Of a stretch of DNA of 64,000 nt, positions 44,766 through 55,080 are shown piece by piece (the first letter of the stretch is position 1; each line of letters starts with the position of its first letter). The notes under the pieces are model-generated. The model did not search any database. It was not told where the DNA came from and saw only the letters and a list, made by a program, of their open reading frames with translations. Made by a program: the position numbers and the translations under genes. The DNA is from Thermoleophilia bacterium (GTDB taxonomy: Bacteria; Actinomycetota; Thermoleophilia; RBG-16-64-13), in assembly GCA_026415615.1 (NCBI GenBank), contig JAOAGT010000005.1:2447-66446 (forward strand), given 5' to 3'.

Positions 44766-46529
44766 ATGAACAGAACTCTTGAGATGACAAATTGGAGCAC
44801 CATAGGGGAGGAGTTATCCTCGCTTCTTGAGAAGCAAAGCTACGAGCAGGCTCTTGCTCGAGCGGAGACAACGCTCCCGGAAGTAGAGGCGCTTCCTCCA
44901 GCAGAGCGCGCCCAGGCTCTAGCTGACGTAGGCACCGTTTTCGAAGCGGCCGGCCGTTACGTTGACGCTTTGGCAGCCTACGAGGATGCCCTCCGGCTCA
45001 GGGAAACTTTGCTGCCCCCCTGCCATCCGGAGGCCGTTACTGGTCTTTGTCGGGTTGCGCGCATCCTGTTTGTTCTTGATCGAAGCAAGGAGGCGATCGA
45101 AAAATATCGTCGGGCCCTGTCTTGTTTGGAGAAATGTTTCGGGGCAGACCATTTGGCGTTAGCCACTCCCCTTGAGGAACTAGCCAAGGCTCTCGAGGTC
45201 TGCGGTGATTACCGTGAGGCAAGGGCTTGTCTTGAACGCGCCTTGGCCATTCGAGAGAAGGTTTACGGGCCCGGTCACCCGCACACCGTGCCTAGCATTC
45301 TTGGCCTGGCTGACCTTGCTCTAGCCGAGGACGACCAAGTGCGTGCTCTCGATCACTTGCAGAACGCCCTGACTTTGCTGGAAGAGGCTGGGCAGGCGGA
45401 GCGCCCCGAGGCCGGCGCCATCTTTGTCCGCCTCGGGGCGCTCCGCGCCGCTCAGGGCGACTACGCGGCAGCCGAGACGTTCTACACCAGGGCGGTCACC
45501 CTTCTTGAAAAGGCGTTAGGCTCCAGAGATCTGCAAACAGCCGACGCCCAGCTTGCTTTTGCCTCGTTTCTCTTAGAGCAAGGCAGGCTACCCGAGGCCG
45601 AAGAACTACTGACACGGGCTTTGACAAGCCTAAAGGAGACCTTCGGCTCCTCGCACCCGTACATAGCTCGGACCCTTGAACAACTCGCCCTGCTGCGGGA
45701 AAGCCAGGAGGACCATGCAGGCGCGCTAACGTTTTTCGAGCAAGCTCTGCAGATACTTGAGCAGGCTTATGGGCCCCAACATCCTAGATTGGCCCACAGC
45801 TTAACCGCGGTGGCTCGTTTGCACAGGCTCAAAGGGTCGTATGAAGAGGCCGAAAGCCTGGCCCGCCGTGCCCTCGCGGCCCAGGAGACGGCAACAAAAC
45901 CGGAAGCGCAATCACTCACCCCGCAAATCCTGGCTTGCCTAGCAGAGATACTTTATTGCCAGGGGAAGTACGACGAGGCTGAGTCCTTATACTTGCAGGC
46001 TTTAGAAGGTGCTTCCACTCTCGCAACAGAGGATCTTTCCCTCATCGCCTTGATCGAAAACGGTCTGGGTGTACTCTATTCCGTGGAGCAACGCTACGAG
46101 GAAGCAGAACCCCACTACCAGCGCTCCCTGGCACTTCGAGAGCAAATACTGGGCCCTGACCATCCCGATGTCGCAACTACCCTGGACAACCTGGCGGTAA
46201 TGTACGACGCAGAGGGTCGTTACGCGGAGGCTGAGCCAATGCACTTGCGAGCGCTCGACATACTTGAACGCACTCTTGGTTCCGACCACCCGCAAGTGGG
46301 AACTGCTCTAGAAAATCTAGCCGAACACTACCGGGTTCAAGGAAAACCCGAGCAAGCGACTCCCTTTGCCGAGCGCGCACTGGCCCTCGCTGAGAGCAAC
46401 CTTTCTCCGGATGACCCAGAGTTCATTGCCTTAGCCAAGCTGGTGATTAGCCTTCTGAGAGATAGTGGTCAAGCCGAAAAGGCAGCCGCTTTGGAACAAC
46501 GGTTCCCTGGATTAGCGGGCGCCGCCTAG
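44766..46529 (+). CDS. tetratricopeptide-repeat protein (TPR_12 / kinesin-light-chain-like repeats)
   Basis: 587 aa of about 42-residue repeats with a recurring A..Y.RAL.I.E...G..HP..A..L..LA pattern. Confidence 0.85.
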   Translation: MNRTLEMTNWSTIGEELSSLLEKQSYEQALARAETTLPEVEALPPAERAQALADVGTVFEAAGRYVDALAAYEDALRLRETLLPPCHPEAVTGLCRVARILFVLDRSKEAIEKYRRALSCLEKCFGADHLALATPLEELAKALEVCGDYREARACLERALAIREKVYGPGHPHTVPSILGLADLALAEDDQVRALDHLQNALTLLEEAGQAERPEAGAIFVRLGALRAAQGDYAAAETFYTRAVTLLEKALGSRDLQTADAQLAFASFLLEQGRLPEAEELLTRALTSLKETFGSSHPYIARTLEQLALLRESQEDHAGALTFFEQALQILEQAYGPQHPRLAHSLTAVARLHRLKGSYEEAESLARRALAAQETATKPEAQSLTPQILACLAEILYCQGKYDEAESLYLQALEGASTLATEDLSLIALIENGLGVLYSVEQRYEEAEPHYQRSLALREQILGPDHPDVATTLDNLAVMYDAEGRYAEAEPMHLRALDILERTLGSDHPQVGTALENLAEHYRVQGKPEQATPFAERALALAESNLSPDDPEFIALAKLVISLLRDSGQAEKAAALEQRFPGLAGAA

Positions 46530-46543
46530 CCAAGCCCGAGCGG

Positions 46544-47083
46544 CTACTCTAGCGCCACGAGTAGCTGACCCCGCTCCACTTGGCTCCCGGCTTCGACCAG
46601 CACAGCCGCGACCCTGCCGTCGCGCGGAGCATGAAGCTCGTTTTCCATCTTCATGGCCTCCAGCACCACGAGCGGATCGCCCTCCTTTACCGTGTCCCCC
46701 GGCTTCACCCGTACCGCGACAATTTTGCCAGGCATGGGAGACCAAACGCCGTCCTGCACCGCCGTCGGAGAAGGTGGCGCTTTCTGAACCTCCTGTGTCA
46801 CAACAGGAACATCCGCCTTTGCTCGAGGAGCCTGACCTTTCTCCACCTCCTCGACCGTAACCGGAATACGTTCGCCTGCCAGTTCAAGAAGAAACGCTCC
46901 CTCCTCGGCCTGGTTCTCCACTACGCGGATGTCGTAGGTTTGCCCACCGAGCTTTATAACCCGCCGCCCCGCGTCAGGAGCTTCCACCACGCAGGCAAAC
47001 TCTTGCCCGTCTATCACAACCTTGCCACCCGGGGCAGCCTCAACGCGATACTCTTTGCCGTCAAGCCGAACCTTGAACTTCAC
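46544..47083 (-). CDS. biotin carboxyl carrier subunit (1.3S / GcdC-like)
   Basis: C-terminal biotinyl domain with EAMKMENE. Start reassigned to GTG (rc of 47081-47083), with GGAGG 7 nt upstream, giving [15 protein letters not shown], the N-terminus typical of this family. The ORF track start at 47230 would overlap the upstream gene by 146 nt. Confidence 0.85.
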   Translation of the reverse strand: MKFKVRLDGKEYRVEAAPGGKVVIDGQEFACVVEAPDAGRRVIKLGGQTYDIRVVENQAEEGAFLLELAGERIPVTVEEVEKGQAPRAKADVPVVTQEVQKAPPSPTAVQDGVWSPMPGKIVAVRVKPGDTVKEGDPLVVLEAMKMENELHAPRDGRVAAVLVEAGSQVERGQLLVALE

Positions 47084-47084
47084 C

Positions 47085-48740
47085 TCAATACCTCCACGCA
47101 AGCGCTCGCCCCAGACGCAAGTCCTGCCGTCCGGCCATGATTTCCCGCCGCCCCTGAGCCGCCCAAACCGACGGAAGGCTCGACAAAGGACATACCCTAA
47201 CCCCGGCCGGCACGGGTCCTGGCGCGACACCCGGCGCTCCTTCAGCCCCAGCAGATGCCGCCGGTGCCGATGCCGGAGCCGGGGCTGGCGCCTCAGCCTC
47301 CTCCGGCGCTGCCGCCCGAGCTTCTGCCTCTACGCCGAGTAAATCAGCAATCGCGGCCACCAAAGCGGCTCTCTCCTCGGCAGGACGCTCGCTTCTGTCT
47401 CTCCGGGCAAAGAACTCGAGCGCCACCTGCGGGAACAGCGCGTAAGAAATCAAATCTTCCTCGCTGTATTTGATCCCGGCCGCCTCCAGCTCCGCGCGCC
47501 GCTTAGGCAGTTCGGGCTCAAGAAGATCAGCTGGCCGCACTGTAATCGGCTCTTCATCCCCAATACAAAGTTTCTGGACCTCCGGATCTATGGGGCCAGG
47601 TGGACGCCCGTAGTACCCCTGGACGTATGCCTTGGTTTCTTTGGTGATCATTTTGTAACGGCCCATAAGCACGTTAAGAGTGGCCTGCGTCCCCACTATC
47701 TGCGAGGTAGGCGTCACCAGCGGCGGGTAACCCAGTTCTTTACGCACCCGAGGAACCTCTTCAAGAACCTCCCCCATTCGATCCAGAGCACCCTGCTCTC
47801 GCAGCTGTGCGGAGAGATTGGAGATCATCCCCCCTGGGATCTGCCACAGCAGCACCCCCGGATCCACTGCGGTAAACGGGCTCTCGTAGGCTGCGTATTT
47901 CTTTCGGACCTCTCGGAAATAGTCGGAGATTTCTCCCAGCAGGTTCAAATCTAGTCCGGTAGGTCGGTCGGTTCGGTCTAATACCGCCACCATGGTCTCG
48001 GTGGGAGGATGCGACGTGCCCATGGACATGGAAGAGATGGCGCAATCCAGAATATCTGCGCCTGCTTCCACAGCCTTGAGGTAAGCCATAGAAGCCATTC
48101 CTGACGTGTAGTGGGAGTGCATATGGACCAAAATGTCCGGGTAGGCGTCCTTCAATGCGCTTACCAATTCATAAGACTCCTTGGGATCAAGCAAGCCAGC
48201 CATGTCCTTTATGCAGATGCTTTGCACTCCCATGCTGACCAGCTCGCCCGCGTACTTAAGAAATGACGAGACACTGTGCACCGGGCTTTTGGTGTAGCTG
48301 ATCGTGCCCTCTGCCCACTTGCCATTTTCCAGCACCGCTTCTATGGCGCAAACCACATTGCGTGGATCGTTTAGCGCGTCGAACACCCGGAACACGTCGA
48401 TGCCCGCCTCGGCTGCAAGCCGAACAAACTCGCGAACCACATCGTCGGCATAGTTGCGGTAGCCAACCACGTTTTGTCCGCGCAACAGCATCTGCAGCCG
48501 TGTATTAGGCATCGCCTTGCGCAGTGCACGGACCCGCTCCCAAGGATCCTCAAATAAAAATCGCATCATGGAATCAAAGGTGGCCCCGCCCCACATTTCT
48601 AGTGACCAGTAACCAACCCGGTCCAGCTTCTCGGCAATTGGCAGCATATCCTCAGTCCGCATGCGCGTGGCGAGCAAGGACTGATGAGCGTCGCGCAACA
48701 CTAGGTCAGTGATGTAGACGGGCCTTGAGGTTGTTGTCAT
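47085..48740 (-). CDS. carboxyltransferase 5S subunit (oxaloacetate decarboxylase alpha / pyruvate carboxylase B-like, no biotin domain)
   Basis: 551 aa. TIM-barrel HMGL-like domain ([23 protein letters not shown]), then an Ala/Pro-rich linker and a short non-conserved tail. Confidence 0.9.
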   Translation of the reverse strand: MTTTSRPVYITDLVLRDAHQSLLATRMRTEDMLPIAEKLDRVGYWSLEMWGGATFDSMMRFLFEDPWERVRALRKAMPNTRLQMLLRGQNVVGYRNYADDVVREFVRLAAEAGIDVFRVFDALNDPRNVVCAIEAVLENGKWAEGTISYTKSPVHSVSSFLKYAGELVSMGVQSICIKDMAGLLDPKESYELVSALKDAYPDILVHMHSHYTSGMASMAYLKAVEAGADILDCAISSMSMGTSHPPTETMVAVLDRTDRPTGLDLNLLGEISDYFREVRKKYAAYESPFTAVDPGVLLWQIPGGMISNLSAQLREQGALDRMGEVLEEVPRVRKELGYPPLVTPTSQIVGTQATLNVLMGRYKMITKETKAYVQGYYGRPPGPIDPEVQKLCIGDEEPITVRPADLLEPELPKRRAELEAAGIKYSEEDLISYALFPQVALEFFARRDRSERPAEERAALVAAIADLLGVEAEARAAAPEEAEAPAPAPASAPAASAGAEGAPGVAPGPVPAGVRVCPLSSLPSVWAAQGRREIMAGRQDLRLGRALAWRY

Positions 48741-48778
48741 ACAACCCTACCTCCTTGTTCTTCTAAACACAGGGGAGG

Positions 48779-50281
48779 CTACAGCAAGATGTTCCCGTGT
48801 TTCTTGGGTGGACGACCTTCTCTCTTACCCACACAAGCCCGAAGAGCGGCGATCAGCCGAGGACGTGTCTCAGACGGAGCGATCACGTCATCCAACAGCC
48901 CCTTGGGAGCAGCGGCAAACGGCGAGGCCGACTCGCGAAAATCGGGCTCTTCTTCGTCACCCCACTCGGCAATTTGTGCGCAAGCCCAGGCAAAGCTGAA
49001 GTCGGCCCGTACAAACCGGGAACACATGATTTCGTAGGCCGCCCCATAGGCACGCCCAGTAACCACACTCAACTTGGGAACAGTGGCCTCAGAAAATGCG
49101 TACGTCAGTTTGGCCGCACCCCGCAGAATCTCCCCGGCCGCGTGGCCATCACGGACAAATCCAGGGGCATCAACAAGAACTACCAACGGGAGATTGAACG
49201 CATCGCAGAAGCGCACAAACCGAGCTGCCTTAGTGGCCGCTGCCCAGTTCAGCCGACCGTCCATCACTGCCGGCTGATTGGCCACCAAACCAACTGCGGT
49301 TCCACCCAGTCGAGCAAACCCAATCACTAGATTTTCCGCCCACGACGGCGCAAGCTCGACGAACTCACCCTCGTCGACCACTCGGCGGATTACCTCTCTC
49401 ACATCACGACTTGCTGAGACCGAGCTGGCCGCATAGCTATCCAGCCATTCCTCCATCCGGTCGGGGGGATCAAAGGATTCAACCCGCGGAGGATCCTCCA
49501 GATTGTTTTGCGGCAAATAGCCGAGCACAGTCCGAATCATTTCCAGACACTCAGCTTCACTGTCCGCAACGAGGTGAGCAAGACCAGTCTGTTCCGAGTG
49601 CGTACGCGCGCCAGCTACCTCCTCGACATGCAAGGTAGCCCCACTATCCGCCTCGCCAGCGCTCCCCGTCGCCACGAGGCCAGCGCCCTCCATCGCCAGG
49701 AGGCCAGCGCCTCTCACCATCAACGTGACGTCAGCCAGTGCTGCTCCACACGCGGTCACTCCAAAGCAGGGACCAAGAACGGCAGCAATCTGGGGGACAA
49801 AGCCCGAGGCCATAACAGTGCGAAAGTAGAGTTCTGAGTAACGACCCAGTCCCGCCTGGTCATCAAGCCCAGCACTACGCCGAGCCTGTGCATTGATCAC
49901 CTGTCCAGGCCCCCACCATGAACCCCCATCGTAGAGCCCTACTATGGGTGCACCGTTTTTCATGGCTAGATCGACTATTTTGGCGGCCTTGCGCACAAAC
50001 TCGTCGCCCAGCTCCTCGGGCGGCACCTCTCCATCCTGCGAAAAAACATAGACGTCACGGCCATTGATCATGCCATGGCCGGTTACCGCCCCCTCGACAA
50101 GCACATCCAATTCTACAAAGGTTCCCGCGTCCAGCAGTGAGAGCACCCGGTCGCGTGCCGTCTGAATGCCTCGTCTTGCCCTCTCGGTAACCCGTTCGGG
50201 TCCCCCCCGCCGATATGCTTGTTCCCTCAATAGACGCAGTCTTTCGTTGTAATCATCCGCAGCCATTTCGCGTCCAACCAC
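48779..50281 (-). CDS. acyl-CoA carboxyltransferase 12S subunit (methylmalonyl-CoA / propionyl-CoA carboxyltransferase)
   Basis: 500 aa, two crotonase-like carboxyl_trans halves (PIVGLYDGGS..., GGTAVGLVANQP..., AYGAAYEIM). Confidence 0.9.
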   Translation of the reverse strand: MVGREMAADDYNERLRLLREQAYRRGGPERVTERARRGIQTARDRVLSLLDAGTFVELDVLVEGAVTGHGMINGRDVYVFSQDGEVPPEELGDEFVRKAAKIVDLAMKNGAPIVGLYDGGSWWGPGQVINAQARRSAGLDDQAGLGRYSELYFRTVMASGFVPQIAAVLGPCFGVTACGAALADVTLMVRGAGLLAMEGAGLVATGSAGEADSGATLHVEEVAGARTHSEQTGLAHLVADSEAECLEMIRTVLGYLPQNNLEDPPRVESFDPPDRMEEWLDSYAASSVSASRDVREVIRRVVDEGEFVELAPSWAENLVIGFARLGGTAVGLVANQPAVMDGRLNWAAATKAARFVRFCDAFNLPLVVLVDAPGFVRDGHAAGEILRGAAKLTYAFSEATVPKLSVVTGRAYGAAYEIMCSRFVRADFSFAWACAQIAEWGDEEEPDFRESASPFAAAPKGLLDDVIAPSETRPRLIAALRACVGKREGRPPKKHGNILL

Positions 50282-50354
50282 CTCTTGGTCGTGTGTCTCT
50301 CCTCACGGCCGAGCCGCTGTTGGTCGTCACATTGCACGGCTGTGACATTGTACT

Positions 50355-51197
50355 ATGGAAATGACGGTTTCCTCTCGAGAAAATTGGGTCAAGATACGTT
50401 CCGTGGCAACGGACATGATCCGACAACGGTGCAAGTTTCCAAGAGGCGCCGCTTCCGCGGCTATGGTGGTGCTGCTTGCGTGGATCGCACTCACCTGGGT
50501 GATCGCCTGCGGTCGGGAGGGTCCAGCAACCACACCTACCCGCCCCGCGGCAACAGCAGTTTCCTTTGTTACCTCCGACGGCATTGCCCTGCGAGGGTTC
50601 ATATTTGGGGATAGTGACCTCGGAGTGGTGCTTGCTCACATGTATCCCGCCGATCAGACAAGCTGGTTCGATTTTGCCGGAGAGCTTGCCACACAGGGCT
50701 ACCAGGCTTTGACATTTGACTTTCGCGGCTATGGAGAATCTCAGGGAAGCAAAGATATCGCTCACATTGACCGAGACGTGCTTGCAGCTGTCCAGGCAAT
50801 TGGCCGGGCCGGGGCCAAGCGCATCGTCCTTGCAGGGGCCTCCATGGGAGGAACCGCTTCCCTCATGGCAGCAGCTCAGCTTACCTCTCCTGGCGCAGCC
50901 CCCGAATCAAGTCCGGCAGTGTGCGGGGTAGTCACTCTGTCTGCCCCCGTGGAGTTTCGCGGCCTTTCGGCCAGACAAGCCGTCTCAACGCTTTCTCTGC
51001 CCCTGTTGTTGATTGCAGCGGACGGGGACGTAGGAGCCCAAAACGCCCGTGAACTAGCCAAACTTAGCTCAAATCGCGGTGACTTACTAATCGTGCCCGG
51101 TGACGAGCACGGCACAAACCTACTACTCGGCCCTAGCCGGGATCAGGTACGCCAAGCAATCATGGACTTCCTCGAGACCTGCTTGCGAAAGGACTAG
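50355..51197 (+). CDS. alpha/beta hydrolase, probably exported/lipoprotein
   Basis: FDFRGYGESQG and nucleophile elbow GASMGG. Hydrophobic N-terminal segment ending VIAC. Start uncertain. Paralogous in motif content to 18482-19324. Confidence 0.75.
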   Translation: MEMTVSSRENWVKIRSVATDMIRQRCKFPRGAASAAMVVLLAWIALTWVIACGREGPATTPTRPAATAVSFVTSDGIALRGFIFGDSDLGVVLAHMYPADQTSWFDFAGELATQGYQALTFDFRGYGESQGSKDIAHIDRDVLAAVQAIGRAGAKRIVLAGASMGGTASLMAAAQLTSPGAAPESSPAVCGVVTLSAPVEFRGLSARQAVSTLSLPLLLIAADGDVGAQNARELAKLSSNRGDLLIVPGDEHGTNLLLGPSRDQVRQAIMDFLETCLRKD

Positions 51198-52030
51198 CCA
51201 CAATTGTCTTGAAGAGCAACCGCCCCGTCTAGCTCACCGCTCCGCGCCTTGACCGAAAGAGTATGTGCTGCCGCTAAAGGCTCGGGAACCCGTCGTCGCC
51301 CGGTGGACCAAGCCAAGCAGAGCCGGATCGCGCTCTCCAAATCCACTAGGTGTCCGGGAGACACATAGATCGGCTTAACCCCAGTCCTAAGACAAAGAGC
51401 GGCCCCCTCAGCGCCCCACTCCTTGGTAAGGACGTAGTAGCTTCCTCGCTCCCTCGGGGGATCGCGATAGATGGCATGAAAGGGAGTTTTTGGCGCTCCA
51501 ATCGTGGGTAGCCCGCTAAGCAACCCGATATGAGAGGCTAGACCCAGCCCGCGCTCATGAACCACCCCGTGCCCATCTACAAAGACTACGTCGGGCCTGA
51601 CGGTCAGCCTGCCCAACGCCTCTAGCAAGACCCGACCCTCACGAAAAGCGAGAAAACCGCTTACGTACGGAAGATCCGGCTCTCCCGCAACCACGCTTGC
51701 CTCCACCACCCGAAAATGCCGGTCCATCACCACGGCCGCCGCCCACACCGAGTCGCCGTTCCGGGAATAGGCAGCATCCAGCCCGGCAGCTAACTTGCCA
51801 ATTCCTTCTTCGGGGGGACAAAAAGGCTGTATTACAACACACAGGGCCAACTTCTTCTGTATACTCGCCGCTTCCTCAAAGCTTACACGCCAAGGGTGGG
51901 AAACCCGGGCAAAGCTGTTGGCCAGCGGCTCACGTGTGCGGGGATCACTGCCTGCTGACCCACAAGCAAGAACACATACACGCGCGTCAGCACGAGGAAG
52001 ACAGTTGATTGAATCGGGATTCTCTTTCAT
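51194..52030 (-). CDS. nfi: endonuclease V
   Basis: AGLDAAY, YVSGFLAFREG, VFVDGHGVVHERGLGLASHIG and PTIGAPK motifs. It has an N-terminal extension of about 50 residues, so the true start may be internal. Confidence 0.85.
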   Translation of the reverse strand: MKENPDSINCLPRADARVCVLACGSAGSDPRTREPLANSFARVSHPWRVSFEEAASIQKKLALCVVIQPFCPPEEGIGKLAAGLDAAYSRNGDSVWAAAVVMDRHFRVVEASVVAGEPDLPYVSGFLAFREGRVLLEALGRLTVRPDVVFVDGHGVVHERGLGLASHIGLLSGLPTIGAPKTPFHAIYRDPPRERGSYYVLTKEWGAEGAALCLRTGVKPIYVSPGHLVDLESAIRLCLAWSTGRRRVPEPLAAAHTLSVKARSGELDGAVALQDNCG

Positions 52031-52098
52031 AGCAATCGCTGGCCCGACGGTCCAAAGGCTGGGGGGTCATCCCCGCTCTCTCAGCGTGACTTGGCCCC

Positions 52099-54984
52099 TC
52101 AACCTGTCCTATCCAGAGCTTCGCGCACCTTTCGCAGGAGCGATTCTGGCGTGAACGGCTTCTCAATAAGCTCGACGCCACCCTCCAACCTACCACCATG
52201 ACTGATTGCGTTACGCGGATACCCCGACATGAAAACCACCGGTAGATCGGGCCGGAGCTCCCGGACCCTTGCAGCCAAATCCGGACCCTGAAGCAAGCCT
52301 GGCAAGACAACATCGGTGATCATCAGATCCGCAGGCGCCCCGTCCTCGATAGCAGCAAGAGCTTCATCAGCAGACTGGAAACATGTGACCCGATAGCCAG
52401 CCTCCGTCAGAACTCTCTCGGTTAGCCGACATAAGGCGGGCTCATCCTCAACTACCACAATAGCTTCCTTCCCACGAGCAAAAGCCAAAGCACGTTCCCT
52501 CGGCTCAGACTCAACCGGAGAAGGGCCAATGCGCGGCAGGTAAATCCTAAAAGTCGCTCCCATACCTGGCTCGCTGTAGGCAAATATGTAACCGCGACTT
52601 TGCCTTACGATTCCGTACGCCACCGCTAAACCAAGCCCTGTTCCCTGCCCCGGCTCCTTAGTGGTGAAGAATGGTTCAAAGATGTGATCAATGATACTCT
52701 TGTCTATCCCTGTGCCCGTATCGGAAACCGCAACAGCGACGTACGATCCTGGAACAACCTCGGGATGAGTGCGCGCATACTCGGCGTCGAGTTCCACGTT
52801 GCTCGTCTCTATGACCAGCCGTCCCCCCGTGGGCATCGCGTCTCTGGCATTTATGGCTAGGTTCATGATGACCTGCTCGAACTGGTGTACGTCGACCTCA
52901 ACAAAGCCCAGGTTTGGATCTTTGACCACCACCAGCTCTACGTCCTCGCCTAGGGTGCGCCTCAGGAGAGGAGCAAGCGATTCAATTACGTCGTTGAGAC
53001 AAACCACCTCCGGATGCAACGGTTGACGCCGCGAGAAGGCGAGAATCTGGCGCGTCAAAGAACTTCCTCTCTCCGCCGCCCGCTTGATTTCAAGCACATC
53101 CTCACGCGCCTCGGGAGAACAAGCCTGCTCGTCCGCCAACAGCAGCTCCGAGTACCCCAGGATTGCTGTAAGCAGGTTGTTAAAGTCATGCGCAATGCCG
53201 CCGGCCAGTCGCCCTACAGCCTCCATTTTCTGAGCTTGTACCAGTTGCTCTTCGCTGCTCTTGAGTTCCTTAGTGCGGCGGGCGACTTCACGACGAAGCG
53301 CCCAAAGCCAGGCTAAAACCGCAAGCAGAATCACCACTAGAGGACCCACCGCATATCCAACATACCGAAGGATTGTCCGTGTGGAGGGTCTCGGCTTCTC
53401 GTAGACTCCTAACCACTTCTCGTAAATCCGCCTGTATTCACCACTTTGTTTGATTAGCGCCAGACCCTCGGAAAACTGAGCTAGCAGTGCCCCGCGGCCG
53501 TCCTTCACAGCAAAACAGTACTCGGGCGTAAGGAGTGAGGTCTTGCCAACAACGAGGTCCCTCAAACCTGATTTGGCAATGTAGTAGAGAGCCACCGGAC
53601 GTACCACCAGTGCACAATCCGCCTCCCCGCGAGAGACTGCTGCAAGAGCCTCAGGGACCGACGGAAGGGCCACAAGCTGGCTATCCAGCCCTTGCTCGCT
53701 AGCCCAGTCGTGCATGATATCCCCCCGTTCCACGGCGACGCGTAAACCTTTCAATTCTTCAACTGAAGCTGGGGGGTCACGATCTCCCTGGCGTACGACT
53801 GCCACCCCGTTTGTTACGAGATGAGGCACAGAAAAGTCAAAAAACTCGTCTCGCTCTGGCGAGTAAAACATCCCTTGTAGAGCATCGATACTGCCCGTCA
53901 TAAGAGCTTGGCGCATATCGGCCCACGGCCCTAATCGAATCTCCACCGGAATGCCAACAGCAGCGGCCACAGCATACGTCAACTCCACGTTGTAGCCGGC
54001 TGGGCGACCTTTGTCGTCAAGGTATTCAAAAGGGGGAAAGTTGGCGTCTCCACCCACGACGATTGGCCTGCCAGTGGGCAGATCAAGTAGTCTTGCCCAC
54101 CTGGAATACAGTTGCTGGTATGTGCCGTCGGCCATGACCGCCGCCAAACCTCGGTTTAGGGCTGTCAGAAGATCCTGATTGCCCTCCAAAACAGCGAAGC
54201 ACAACTCCTCCTGAAAGTCTGCGATTGGAGGACCAACTATGTGAAGATCCTTAAGACCTGTTTTCTGAAGCAGCCATGAGGCTGCCAGTTGTTGTGTGAC
54301 CGCCGCGTCGTACGTGCCGTCCGCCAGCAGACGCAACGCCTCCTCAGCCCCTCCCACCACATGAAGCCGAGCTTCCGGTACCTTTGCCGCCAGAAACTTG
54401 CCTACAGGATCTCCGTCCACGACGGCCACATCTTGAGCCTCGAGATCCTTGACGCCATGGATCCCGGCGTCCTTACGCGTAACCACTACAGCCTGGCTAA
54501 TGAAGTATGTTGAGGAAAAGTCAAGCTCTTGCTCCAGTTCTGCATCACGAACCGCGAACGGCAGAACGTCAGTGGTACCCCACGAAAGCCATTGTTCAAG
54601 TTGGCTTTGCGACAGAGGGATAACGACTACCTCTTCGCCAACTGCGGCCAGGGCTGCTCGCAGTAGCTGCACAGAGAAGCCATCGGCAAGTCCCTTGCTG
54701 TTAACCAGACAAAACGGCGGATAATCCCTGGGCGCTCCAGCAATGATGGGATGATCTCTGGCCGAAGCTTGAGCTGCCGAGGGTGCAATAACCGCGCTAC
54801 TCGCCACAACGAGCAGAGCGAGCGTTGCGATAGCTAAGACGGCGCGCAGTCGTTCACCAAAACTACGTTTCAGGCAACGGAGAAGACGCCGAAAGAGATA
54901 TCCGCCAAGTGGCTTACGGCAGCCGTGAAAGCAACTAACCCCGTCAAGGTACGACATACAAGTTGGGGTTCCACCTTCTCGCAA
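52099..54984 (-). CDS. hybrid sensor histidine kinase with two periplasmic solute-binding (PBPb) domains and a C-terminal receiver
   Basis: 961 aa. Signal/TM segment, two tandem SBP_bac_3-like domains, a TM segment, H-box GGIAHDFNNLL, HATPase (GTGLGLAVAYG) and REC (VVVEDEP...ITDVVLPG). Confidence 0.88.
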   Translation of the reverse strand: MREGGTPTCMSYLDGVSCFHGCRKPLGGYLFRRLLRCLKRSFGERLRAVLAIATLALLVVASSAVIAPSAAQASARDHPIIAGAPRDYPPFCLVNSKGLADGFSVQLLRAALAAVGEEVVVIPLSQSQLEQWLSWGTTDVLPFAVRDAELEQELDFSSTYFISQAVVVTRKDAGIHGVKDLEAQDVAVVDGDPVGKFLAAKVPEARLHVVGGAEEALRLLADGTYDAAVTQQLAASWLLQKTGLKDLHIVGPPIADFQEELCFAVLEGNQDLLTALNRGLAAVMADGTYQQLYSRWARLLDLPTGRPIVVGGDANFPPFEYLDDKGRPAGYNVELTYAVAAAVGIPVEIRLGPWADMRQALMTGSIDALQGMFYSPERDEFFDFSVPHLVTNGVAVVRQGDRDPPASVEELKGLRVAVERGDIMHDWASEQGLDSQLVALPSVPEALAAVSRGEADCALVVRPVALYYIAKSGLRDLVVGKTSLLTPEYCFAVKDGRGALLAQFSEGLALIKQSGEYRRIYEKWLGVYEKPRPSTRTILRYVGYAVGPLVVILLAVLAWLWALRREVARRTKELKSSEEQLVQAQKMEAVGRLAGGIAHDFNNLLTAILGYSELLLADEQACSPEAREDVLEIKRAAERGSSLTRQILAFSRRQPLHPEVVCLNDVIESLAPLLRRTLGEDVELVVVKDPNLGFVEVDVHQFEQVIMNLAINARDAMPTGGRLVIETSNVELDAEYARTHPEVVPGSYVAVAVSDTGTGIDKSIIDHIFEPFFTTKEPGQGTGLGLAVAYGIVRQSRGYIFAYSEPGMGATFRIYLPRIGPSPVESEPRERALAFARGKEAIVVVEDEPALCRLTERVLTEAGYRVTCFQSADEALAAIEDGAPADLMITDVVLPGLLQGPDLAARVRELRPDLPVVFMSGYPRNAISHGGRLEGGVELIEKPFTPESLLRKVREALDRTG

Positions 54985-55080
54985 AGTTAAACAGTAAACA
55001 GTAGTCTTATTAGCAGGTTAGCACGCAACCTCACCAACAGAGAACGGACGACTTCGTGTGCAGCGTTGACCAACAAAGGA

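Noticed and set aside
44766-46529. Periodic nucleotide repeats that could suggest a CRISPR or tandem-repeat array
   Set aside because: The periodicity is at protein level (about 42-residue TPR units in one long ORF). There are no identical direct repeats with unique spacers. No cas genes or CRISPR-like arrays were seen anywhere in the window.
46544-47230. 146-nt overlap between the 5S carboxyltransferase ORF and the biotin-carrier ORF, suggesting a frameshifted OadA-type fusion
   Set aside because: A GTG with a well-spaced GGAGG sits 1 nt after the 5S stop and yields [15 protein letters not shown], a typical stand-alone carrier N-terminus. The upstream part of the long ORF ([19 protein letters not shown]...) looks like non-coding read-through. 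No frame joins the Ala/Pro linker to the biotin domain.
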